Shown one piece after another: positions 26,002-37,829 of a stretch of DNA of 64,000 nucleotides (positions are counted from its first letter, which is position 1; each line of letters opens with the position of its first letter). The DNA is from Eledone cirrhosa. Its lineage: Eukaryota. The notes below the pieces were generated by a model. That model was not told where the DNA came from, did not search any database, and saw nothing but the letters and a program-made list of their open reading frames with translations. The stretch is from positions 167,710,001 through 167,774,000 of the forward strand of contig OZ024743.1 of assembly GCA_964016885.1 (NCBI GenBank), written 5' to 3'. The translations under genes were made by a program, and so were the position numbers.

Positions 26002-26201
26002 GTGCGGTGGATTGGCAGTATCGGTAGAGGGTCGGACGCTATGCTTTCCAGCATAGTTACGTCCATTTACGTTCTGAGTTCAAATCCCGTCGAGGTTAAC
26101 TTTGCCTTTCATCCTTACGGGGTCGATAAAATAAAGTACCAGTAATGCAGTGGGTAATTGCTGGCCTTGTGCCAAATGTAGAAACAATTATTATTATTAT
26201 T
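26002..26201 (+). mobile_element. Full-length Meta-domain tRNA-SINE
   Basis: A box TGGCAGTATCGG, B box GAGTTCAAATCC, Meta core, (ATT)n tail. Confidence 0.92.
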
Positions 26202-26204
26202 AGC

Positions 26205-26520
26205 TCTCTTCCCAGCATTTTCTTGAAAGATGGGTGAAAGAGGCAAGAATGGCCCGAGTGAGTATATGCCTGTAAATTGAAAGTGGAAAACTGTGAGAGA
26301 ACACTTGTCCTGGTGGTCAGGGTAACTGTGGCTTTTTTTAATGGGCTTTCTCCACGATGGCCCTCGGAAGTCTCCCCTTATTCGGGAATTTTTCATTGTT
26401 CTTTTTTTTGTTACATCCTCTGTTTTTGTTTTTTCTACACGCAGAAATGTCCATTTGTACCGTCCTGTACTGTCCTTAATGTCTACCCCTGTGGTTAACA
26501 AAGAAAGCATTATTATAAAT
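26205..26520 (+). mobile_element. L1/Tx1 3'-end fragment
   Basis: Homologous to 25640-25990 (GATGGGTGAAAG..., TGGTGGTCAGGGT..., CCCTGTGGTTAACAAAGAAAGCATTATT). Confidence 0.85.
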
Positions 26521-26610
26521 ATTAATATTGTTATGAGTAGTAGTACTGAGGCACCATCATCAACCTCGCTCTCAGTAGCAGCATCACTATCGTCGTCCAC
26601 ACTCTTAGAA

Positions 26611-26714
<104 letters not shown>

Positions 26715-26786
26715 TATTCAAAATATTAACAAATGAAAGATATTCACATAATAAAAATAAATGCTTTATTATATATATGATTCAAA

Positions 26787-26971
26787 GGGCGGTGTATTGG
26801 CAGTATCGGTAGAGGGTCGGACGCCATGCTTTCCAGCATAGTTACGTCCCTTTACGATCTGAGTTAAAATCCCGCCGAGGTTGACTTTGCCTTTCATCCT
26901 TACAGGGTCGATAAAATAAAGTACCAGTAATGCACTGGGTAATTGCTGGCCTTGTGCCTAAAGTAGAAACA
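26787..26971 (+). mobile_element. Full-length Meta-SINE inserted in the left inverted repeat
   Basis: A/B boxes and Meta core; imperfect TSD ATTATATATAT...AAAG; the empty site is visible in the right arm. Confidence 0.92.
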
Positions 26972-27589
26972 ATTATATATATTTTAAAGTTACCGTGTTG
27001 TTTTTTCAGTACGTCTTCATCAGATAAAATATATGATTTGATATATGACATACCGCTACGGTCTTGATTATACAATTCCAGTATTGGCAGTGATTTATTT
27101 CATCAAATCTCAATGTTTATATACCACAAATAATATGATAAACCTAAAGCAGAAAAGGACGTAGAGAAAATTAGAGATATGAGAGAGGGTGTAAATAGGA
27201 GGAAAGGCAAGAAAAAATAAATAAATACATAGATAAATGAATAAAAAATAAAAGGATGAATGAGTAAAAGAAATATATAAAAAAGAAAAGAGGAATAACG
27301 ACAAAAGAGGGAAGATGTAAGGAAAGTAAAGGGAACAGAGGGGGATAAAGAAAACAAAGAAAATAAAGAAAACATCAAATAGAGGGGATAGAGAAAAAAC
27401 CGTTGTTTTCAAATGCGAGATCAAATAGGACATCCAATCAATTCAACTAAACAATTGAATATCTTTAGTATTTGATTATACATTAGCTAATTATACTTAT
27501 ATATTATATGAAAATTAATCAGTATAGATTATTTTCTATATAGTTTAATTAAAAATTTATATAATTTAATTTAACTCATTATAGATTAT

Positions 27590-27678
27590 TTGCCTTTCAT
27601 CCTTACGGGGTCGATAAAATAAAGTACCAGTAATGCACTGGTAATTGCTGGCCTTGTGCCAAAAGTAGAAACAATTAT
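27590..27678 (+). mobile_element. Meta-SINE 3' fragment
   Basis: Meta core and tail; ATTATTT on both sides. Confidence 0.88.
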
Positions 27679-27966
27679 TTTTAATTTTAAGGTAAGATAT
27701 TCTATAAATATTTTGTCACAACTTTAAAAGAATTAATCTTTAAAGCGTATTTAAATAATTATTACATATGTATTAAAATCTAATACCCTACATAAATCAC
27801 CATCAATACATATAATATATTTAGATCATATATTACTCAAATTATTTAATTATGATATTCTCTTTATAAAATCTTCACTATTCTTTAATTTTCATTTAAT
27901 TTATAGGATTAAACTGCAGTTACATTTACTCTCAAAAGTTTAATTTCATTAATTTAATGAAAGGTT

Positions 27967-28146
27967 GGTGGATTGGCAGTATCGGTAGAGGGTCGGACGC
28001 CATGCTTTCCAGCATAGTTACGTCCCTTTACCATCTGAGTTCAAATCCCGCCGAGGTTGACTTTGCCTTTCATCCTTACGGGGTCGATAAAATAAAGTAC
28101 CAGTAATGCACTGGTAATTGCTGGCCTTGTGCCTAAAGTAGAAACA
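27967..28146 (+). mobile_element. Full-length Meta-SINE with 19-bp TSD
   Basis: TSD ATTAATTTAATGAAAGGTT at 27948-27966 and 28147-28165. Confidence 0.93.
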
Positions 28147-28206
28147 ATTAATTTAATGAAAGGTTATATTTATGTATAATCAAGACCGTAGCGGTATGTC
28201 ATATAT

Positions 28207-28293
28207 CAAATCATATATTTTATCTGATGAAGACGTACTGAAAAAACAACACGGTACCTTTGAAATATAAATAATAAAGCATATATTTTGATT
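28207..28293 (+). ncRNA. Type I hammerhead ribozyme (predicted, possibly decayed)
   Basis: TTTAT-CTGATGA(28224)-stem II GTAC/GTAC-GAAA(28262)-TATAAA-TA^ATAAA. Helix I is TTTAT/ATAAA, extended by ATATA/TATAT and AATCA/TGATT. Confidence 0.6.
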
Positions 28294-28569
28294 ATGTGAA
28301 TATCTTTCATTTGTTAATATTTTGAATAATATTAAAAACTGCAGGAAATCTTTACATGTTGAGAGCTTTTAATCTATTGTAAAATTGTATTAATTGAGTA
28401 ATCAACGAACCATATTAATCTTTGGTTATATATATATAAGTAGTTGTTAGCAGAGTGCTTACAATGTCTGTGGTATTAAGCTTTCACCTATTTTTGTTCT
28501 TGTTATTCTTCCTGTTTGTTTACATTTGATGATCTTGTAGTGGTAGTTGCAGTATTGTATGAGGGAGTG

Positions 28570-28637
<68 letters not shown>

Positions 28638-28786
28638 TACGTATCGAGAGAGAAAAGGAGGGATAGGTGAGACATGTAGTTATTTGCCAAATATCGTATG
28701 CAGAGGGTGCTCAATACTAGTGCCGGCAGTGTTAAATATTAGAAGTGTTAATATCTAGTGGGCGAGAGAATTAGCAGAGCCTAAGC

Positions 28787-31700
28787 ACGTGGAGTGGTAA
28801 AATACAGGAGAACAGACCGTTAAAACATGTTTATTTAAAATAGCACCTACGTACGTTTCTCCCGAATGGGCTTCTCAAGGGCACAATAACTAAAAAACGT
28901 TCCTTACATGACACGGAATGGGTTTTTAGAGATCAGTTCACGTCAGAGTTCATTCTTCGTAAAAAAACATGTTTTGATTTTGCAGTAGGTCAAGGGAGAT
29001 AACTCTGGCCGGTGTTAGGGCAGTCTTTTCCGGACAAATTTTTTATCCAATACAAGCATGTGGTTACTACCTTTCCATTGCCGATACGCACAGGGTCAGG
29101 TATGCAACGTTTGTTTCGAGACGTTTGTTTGCCGCGCCTGCCCACTTGGGTCGATTCATGCCTGGTCTGGGATGCATAGTTAGTTTCCGGATGTTTTTAG
29201 CAGCGCCTGTCCGCCGGGGTGTTAAAGCTTGGTGCAGGGAGACCCGGTTTACGGTTTCACCCCTCGTTCTGAAGTAAGATTTTTTAAGCGATGTGAACAG
29301 CTTATCGTCGTTTCAGCTCTACTGTTGATGAGCTCGTGGGGTGCCGTTATGATGTGGTAGAGCACCATGAGGCAAAGCTCACGCTTCCTCTTGAAGTTGT
29401 ACGGTGCAGCCCTGCCGACAATTTCCCAGTGCGTAGAGAAGCTGATGTTTAAGTCTTTTAATGCTGTGATGTAGTTCGCGAGCGAAGTGGAGTGTCTTAA
29501 TTTCTTATTTGCGAAAGAGTAGAGATGTGTTCGAAATCTAATTTTGAACGGGCCAGAGATAGTCCCTATATAATGTTTAACGCTATTATGGCTAGTTACG
29601 GTACATCTATATATAACCCTATCAGTCAAGCAGTTTCCCCTAAGGGGACAGCGTCTCCTGTCGCGGCAGTTGCAATTTTGGTCCCGGTTTCTTCTAACTC
29701 CCACGGTAAGGCTATTATTATTGATATCTACGTTGTTACCTACGCTCCTACATATGTCATTAGCACCATTATAACCCACTGTGCGCGGGGTGGTACCATT
29801 ATTAAGCCGCACGCAGCAGCGTCTTCCGTTGCCGCCAGGTGACCCGTGCGGGTCACCTGCATATTCTCCAGTCATGTCGCGGTTATGTTGGTTGCGTCTG
29901 TAGTGGCTGTTTCCAGCACTATTGGATGCTGCTAGGGAGTCGTTAAGGCCGATAGAGTTGTTGTCAGGTGTAGGTGCATCTGTGCTAAGGTGCTGTCTTG
30001 GTGATCTTACTGTGATTTGTTGTTCCTATGATGTCTGCTAGGTTAGGAGTAGTAGAGAAGGATATTTTTATATTGTTCCTATTAAGGATTTTCCTATACC
30101 TATGGTTGCGTGGGAAGTTCTTCTCTAAGGCTTCGAAGAATATCCGGGGTATATCGGAGGCCACACTCTGAGAGTAGGGGGGATGGAACCATAGGACGTT
30201 ACGGTGGCGATTACGTGTCTTAGTACGTTTGCTACGGGTAGTACTATCAGGGTGACCGTTCTTATGCATGTTAATATGCTGTAGCCCTTTATGTGTCCCT
30301 TTCGTTTTATGCTCGGGTGCACTCTTCTTCCTTCTGCTATGTTTATGTATAAGAAGATGCTGGTTGGAAGGCGTTGGTAGTAGGCCGTCGCCTTTTTTGA
30401 TTTTATAGTAGGGGAATAATTCAAGTAGGCTACAGTGGTCACTGTCACCAGGGTCGTGATATTTATTGTGTGGTAAGCTACCTATACTATCGCCAGTGTA
30501 ATTAACATTGTGGCCGTGTTTCTTAGTGCAATTTTCTATACTATTACATCCGACTCCTTCGAAGTCGCCGCGTGATCGGTTATAAGTATGGCTTACTATA
30601 ACGTTAGTCTTATGAGGGGGATGGTTTCTGGAGCTGGCATTAGGGATGTAGGAGATTCCTCGGTTAAAACCGGCGCTTATCAAGGCCCTAGTGTAGTAAT
30701 CTGCTGCTTGGTTGAAGATATCCTCATTGGCGGAGTGTCTCGAGATCCTATGTGAGATGCTATAGACAATGGAGTTGAGAGTCACAGCACCTTAGCACAG
30801 ACGCACCTACACCTTTTAACAACAATATCGGCCTTAACGACTCCCTAGCAGCACCCAATAGTGCTGGCAACAGCCTCTACAGACGCAACCAACATAACCG
30901 CGACGTGACTGGGGAACATGCAGGTGACCAACACGGGTCACCTGGCGGCAACGGAAGACGCTGCAGCGTGCGGCTTAATAATGGTACCACCCCGTGTACA
31001 GTGGGTTATAATGGTGCTAATGACAGATGTGGGATCGTAGATAACAACGTAGATAGCAATAATAATAGCCTTACCGTGGGAGCTAGAAGAGACGGCGACC
31101 GAAATTGCAACTGCCGCGAGGCCCGTTCAAAATTAGATTTCGAACATATCTCCACTCTTTCGCAAATAAGAAATTAAGACACTCCACTTCGCTCGCGAAC
31201 TACATCACAGCATTAAAAGACTTAAACATTATCTTCTCCACGCACTGGGAAATTGTCGACAGGGCTGCACCGTACAACTTCAAGAGGAAGCGCGAGCTTT
31301 GCCTCATGGAGCTCTACTGCATCATAACGGCACCCCACGGGCTCATCAACAGCAGAGCTGAAACGACGATAAGCTGTACACACCGCTTAAAAATATCCTA
31401 TTTCAGATGGAATAAGAACGAGGAGTGAAACCGTAAACCGGGTCTCCCTGCACCAAGCTTTAACACCCCGGCGGGCAGGCGCTGCTAAAAACATCCAGAA
31501 ACTAACCATGCATCCCGGACCCGGCATGAATCGACCCAGGCGGGCAGGTGCAGAAAAACAAACGTCTCGAAACAAACGTTGCAATATCGGCAATGGTAAG
31601 ATAGTAACCACATGTTTGTATCGGATAAAAAAATTGTCCGGAAAAGACTGCCCTAACACCGGCCAGAGTTATATCCCTTGACCTACTGCAAAATCAAAAC

Positions 31701-31882
31701 ATGTTTTTTTTACGAATAATGAACTCTGACGTGAACTTATCTCTATAAACCCATTCCGGGTCATGTAAGGACGCTTTTTAGTTATTATGCCCTTGAGAAG
31801 CCCATTCGGGCGAAACATACGTAGGTGCTATTTTAAATAAACATGTTTTAACGATCTGTTCTCCTGCATTTTACTTCTCAAC

Positions 31883-31884
<2 letters not shown>
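28787..31884 (-). mobile_element. Penelope-like element (Naiad-like GIY-YIG), 5'-truncated, with an inverted copy of its 3' ~1.1 kb
   Basis: ORF 29985-30785 (RISRHSANEDIF; WFHPPYS; KILNRNNIKISFSTTPN) and ORF 29249-29875 (CNC...CPLRGNCL..VIY..HYIG..FKIRF..H..SF). 30783-31884 is the reverse complement of 28787-29996 with an internal deletion at about 31118. Confidence 0.9.
31787..31829 (+). ncRNA. Variant-core minimal hammerhead-like motif in the PLE pseudo-LTR (mirror copy at 28842-28885, minus strand)
   Basis: TGCC-CTTGAGAAG-CCC.ATTC.GGG-CGAAAC-ATAC-GTA-GGTGC; the other copy has palindromic ACGTACGT in helix III. Confidence 0.55.
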
Positions 31885-31936
<52 letters not shown>

Positions 31937-32433
31937 GGAAGCAGAATATTGCTTATTGTAATCCAGTTCATGGTTAAGAAAGCCAGTTTCATGAACGGTT
32001 TCAACGTACGGTTAGGGGTAACCCCACAAGTTTGTAAGAATTCCGTTCAATCTTGGAGTATAAAGTATAAATGGTATCAAAACTAATCGAGGAATCCTTC
32101 CACCTCTACCCTTCCTTCCATCTCAGTTTGTCACTCTACTTCCTAATTCTTTTCCCCCTTCCTCTCTCTCTATACTACTCCGTTTGTCCCTCCACTTTCT
32201 AATTCCTCTTCCTCCCTCTCTATACTAATAAATACAATTAAAAAAATGTTTTTCTATATATTAAGAACTATTTCAAGAGTAACTTATTCACTATTTTGAA
32301 AATTTGGACGTGAACAAAAATTATAATTGAGTGGCTGCTATTTGCAGTATAGCAATATAAGGTTGCACTTACCAATGAAACGGTCGTAAATACCTGGATA
32401 AAATCCTTTTTTTAATGCTTACCTGCGTTTTCT

Positions 32434-32494
<61 letters not shown>

Positions 32495-32565
32495 TATGTA
32501 TGTATACTTACATTTAAGTAAGTGCCGTACTAAGAATGAGAAATGACATTTCGTTTCATTCTATT

Positions 32566-32630
<65 letters not shown>

Positions 32631-33386
32631 CGGAGTATTCACAACCTCTAACTGGATTACCTATAACGATATTTTGTTATCACTTATATATATATGTATA
32701 TGTGTGTATTCTGAATATGTGTATGACCGTATATATACGTTAGTGTAGGACAGGAATTAGATGAGTATCACGAGACATCTGACGAGAAAAAGAACATGAT
32801 ATTATTATTCACCTGAATACAGTTATTGGATCTCCGTCGATTCCGACGACCACTGATAAAAGTGAGTCGAAATTTGTGTGCAAGGGGTTTCTTTCCCCCA
32901 CCCCAGTTAAGTGAACAAAATCACCGGAAATCGCACTCAGCACCTTATAACCATGAGCCGAACACCTTCTACCCACAAAGCAACCCTCCCCCTTGACACC
33001 TGAGCACTACTGATTCACTTACATTACATATATGGTCAATACAAGATTTAACCTAATGTCCAGGTAATTATTTACCATACTTATGTTTAACTTTTATTTT
33101 TACTTTTGTTTCGTTTTTATTTTTACTGCGTAATTCGTTTTTCGGGTCCCTTTTTGAACCCCCACCCCCCATATATATATATATATATACATATATTTAT
33201 TTATTAATAATGTGCGCGTGTGTGTGTGCACATACATATATGCATATATGTCGTATATGGATTCCACTGTTCGATATTAACAATAATTTATTTATGACGA
33301 CCTTAGGTGATTAGAGGGATATTTCACTCCTATTTCTAGCACGTCCAGGTAAAATGGAGAGACAACCTCACTGGTATCTATATATA

Positions 33387-35553
33387 CTAGCAGATTTACC
33401 TGGCGTTGCTCGGGGTTTGAAATTATGCTAAGAATATACAACCTGTCAAAATAAGCAGAAGTCTTCAATAATTAATGCAAACGAATATTTAGTGCAATCT
33501 TTGTACACATCAAACTATGCTGATAATGAAGGAAAACACTGAACAGGATGCAGTTATACAAATGATTAAAGACAATACACGTTGCAAATCTGTAAAAAAA
33601 ACAGGCAGTTTTGCTAAAGTACAAAAAGTTGTAATGAAAGCAGAGTTGTATACAAAAAAAAAAAAAAAATGAGAGTAGAACAAGAGAAAATCTATTCTTT
33701 GAGAGAATCCTTTGCTGTGTATGGTTAAATTTTTAACTTATAATCCAAAATATCCTGCATGACATATTCATTGGTATATTTTGCAATGAGTAAGGTGAAG
33801 TCAAAGCAGAGCTGTAATGAGTTTTTTTGTTAACACTAAAGCACTTCAGGATAGACGATATTCTTTGTTTTTCTTTTCGGAACAAACGCAAAGAGATTAT
33901 CTCGACTGTCAACTCGTGAGCAGGCAATGTAGAATTGTCCGTGCGAAAAGCAAGGTTCATCCAAGTGAATTCCAGCGACGGACAGAGTTTGACCTTGCGA
34001 CTTGTTTATGGACATCGCAAAGGCAACATGAAGGGGAAATTGGGTTCGGCGAAAGGAGAAGGGAGTATCCACGCCTGATGTAGTCAGGCTAATTTTTGTT
34101 ATTATCACATCCTCGTCTTTTCCACATCCGGATAGAATCGTAGTGTCAATACTAAGTGGAGACAGTTTTTTAACCACAAGGCGTGTACCATTGCATAGTT
34201 TTGGAGGAGCGATATTTCTCAGCAAAATAACTGGTGTTCTCTCTTTCAGAACCAATGTATTAGGAGGTAAACCAGGAGGATGTAAAGAATTTAGAAATTC
34301 AGCTGGATAATTGACCGCATCCTGTGGATCACATACAGTATCAATAGATTTATATATCCGTGGACATCCAGGAAGAAGCTGCAGAAGCTGATCGTTAATA
34401 CAGCTAACCGTGATATTTTGGGGTGCAAGAATGGCTCTTTCGCATAGCCAATCAAAATTCGTATAGTTATCACGCAAGTTCGGGAATACACTCGCCTTGA
34501 GATCATCGACAGTTTCAACTACATTGCAGATGTGATCAATTGCTATGTGTCCATCTGTATCCGAAGGTTGGTTACCATCTCCTATTGTAAGAATGTCTCC
34601 AGAAAATGTTGATGACAGAGGGTCCCCATGCAACCTTGCACGCATGTTGGTAGTTAATCTTAATGATGTCACTTGTCGCCACAATGGTGAAGACTTACCG
34701 CATCTGCTCTTGTTCCTTTCGGTATTATAGGAAGAGTCTGTCTAAAGTCTCCTGATAGCAGAAGGGTGACACCCCCCATAACATCACTGCAATCCCGTAT
34801 GTCTTGCAAAGACCTGTCTAGTGCCTCAAGAGCATCTTTGTGCGCCATTGTGCACTCATCCCAAACAATAAGGTGACACCTTCGCAGCAGATGAGCCCTT
34901 TCGGAGTCTTTGGTGATATGACAAGTAGGAGTTTCCAATTTTGCCAAATCAAGGGGCAATTTAAAAACTGAATGTGCCGTCCTTCCACCAGGGAGCAAAG
35001 TTGCTGCCTTTCATATTTTTGTACTGTCTTTGCAGATCTTGCTGTAGCAGTATCTGTAGCATCCATAGCAAGGCGTTTTTCACGTTGCTCTGTAGTCTCT
35101 GCAGCTCGTGCTGCAGCAGTTGCTTTAGCATTATTGGTTCGCCGCACTAACCGACGCTCAGCGGCGGACAAAGATGTTGCAATAACTGTATTTAGTGATT
35201 GTCTATTTTCGGTTATCGGCGGAGCGTCATTTACACGCATTGTTTTCTTCGACCGATAGCCAATATGTGCATACTTTCTTTTACGGGGCATATTTGGTGA
35301 AAAAGTTATCTACCTTTTTTTTTATAAGGATTGTCAATAAAGTTTGTTATCTCCCTTACATCAATTTTTCTACCGATAATTTTGATATCGATTTTTTATT
35401 GCTCAACGTGGGTTGATTTAAAAAATGTTTGTGATGTGACAATCTTAGCGACCTGTGCAACGTGCATAGAATATTTGGTCAAATTGTGAAAGCCTTATGC
35501 ATGCAAAGTTGTACACAGACACACACACATCCTCGCTTTTATATATATAAAGA
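33387..35553 (-). mobile_element. Helitron with both termini but lacking the Rep domain (internally deleted)
   Basis: 5' TC at 35553 within a TA repeat; 3' hairpin CCCGAGCAACGCCAGG then CTAG at 33390-33387. ORFs carry PIF1-like helicase motifs (GGRTAHS, WDECTM, GDFRQTLP, LCNGTRL, FAMSINKSQGQT, HGQFYIACSRV). Confidence 0.93.
33836..34998 (-). pseudogene. Helitron PIF1-like helicase, frameshifted and N-terminally deleted
   Basis: ORFs 34669-34998 and 33836-34684. Confidence 0.9.
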
Positions 35554-35564
35554 TATATATATAT

Positions 35565-35964
35565 ATTGTAATGTCTAGACATTACAATACAACCGGAGAA
35601 TATAACGGGAGGAAACATAATAGTACCACTATGATGTCAGAGGTGTGTGATGAAAGAACTTTGATAAATTATATATACTAGCAGAAAAACCACCCTAGGG
35701 TGGTTTTCTGGTAGCATGTGTAGTGTGTATATTGATATTATACACACATGCATCTAAATAAAATTATACTAAATAAAATTATATTTGATATTATACACAA
35801 ATGCATCTAAATAAAATCGTAATTGACAATATGCACATGAATTGAACGAAGACTGTGTTACACTGTCTTCTGTAATCAGTAATGTAATCCATGATATATT
35901 AAAAAAAAAGACGATATTATATATAAAATGCATTAGGAGAAAATTAGCGACTGAAATATATGCG

Positions 35965-36048
<84 letters not shown>

Positions 36049-36490
36049 TTATGATATAACGGTCGCTAACCGAAAGTGTTGACATTTGACAATTTTAAAG
36101 AAGTGAATCTTTAAATAAGCTATAAAATATATTTAATCAGCAGCCACGAAATTTAGTAGATAAATTATGTAATATTCATTCATTATTTATTCAAAGTAAT
36201 CCAACTTATTTTACAAACGGGGTAAAAAACTATATTCTGGATGCAGCCCCGCACTCCTTTCTTTATTATAGTTAAGATATAGTCAATATATGATCAATCA
36301 ATGATAAACATTGCCAGCTAAATTAACTATAGGGGTATAAAATATACAGAAGCGAAAACCAATCCTAACCAAAAGTGAGTGTGTTTTATTATATATTTCT
36401 GGCAATATTATAACAATATGACCCTCTCCAAACATAACAATATTTGTTTCAACACACGATTTCATATCAAAAACCTTCCAAAACAAATAT
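35565..36490 (+). repeat. Solo 3'-terminal (pseudo-LTR) remnant of the 43-46 kb PLE family, interrupted by other sequence including a CTAG-hairpin at 35677-35713
   Basis: 35585-35665 matches 45725-45800; 36290-36430 matches 45840-45985. Confidence 0.6.
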
Positions 36491-36501
36491 ATATATATAT
36501 C

Positions 36502-37071
<570 letters not shown>

Positions 37072-37829
37072 ATTTATATACACATATACACACATGCACA
37101 CACACATATATATTATGTATATATGTAAGTATGTATGTAGGTAGGTAAGTAGGCATATATAGTGTGTTAGAAGGTAAGGCGACACAAACATGAGATGGAA
37201 AGTTTCCCTTCGTCATGGATGTTTCGGCGTATTATAAAGAGAACATCGATCCATAGCGCGCCCATAGCCTTTTATCAATCAAAAAGCCACGAGGGAAAGA
37301 AGTTATAGCGAAGAGAGAGAAAAAGAGAAAAACAGGGAGCAAGAAACAAACGAAAAAACGAAGTAAACATATCGATAGAAGGAGGAAACAGAACAATGGC
37401 TCATTAAATTGAGTAACCGAAGAGAAAATAGATGAAGTTAAACAAAGCCGTTGGGTTTAAGCCCAGAGGCCATAATGACAGAGGAGGAGGTGAATCCGTG
37501 ACTATTCTCAGTAAAGTTAGTGTAGAGAGAGGGAAAGACGGAGAAACCGGAAGTGAGAGCGGATAGAATCAGAGCAGGTGAGTAAGAGGGGGGGGGGAGA
37601 AAGGAAAGGGAGTTAATCGAAAATGGTTTAAGACGCACGTGAAACTGAGTCAGACAAACGAGCCAATGGATAGAAAGAGAGAGTGTGAGAGAGAGAGGGA
37701 GTTGATCCAAAAGCATGGCGGGACATAAGTCCGACCAGGAACAACAAATAGAGCCAGATATGTAGAGAGGAGGCCACAGCAGTAAATACAAAAATACGGA
37801 CCACACAGCTTCACCCTTCTCAATCCATA

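Noticed and set aside
26002-26090. tRNA gene (A and B boxes)
   Set aside because: No cloverleaf; it is the head of a multi-copy SINE.
29249-29996. Possible selenocysteine (in-frame TGA) recoding, as reported for some Naiad PLEs
   Set aside because: The conserved Cys positions are not TGA, and the break at 29985 is a frameshift/TAG.
32835-32885. CCGACGA-CCACT/AGTG-GTCGAAA hammerhead-like remnant
   Set aside because: Helices I and III cannot be formed convincingly.
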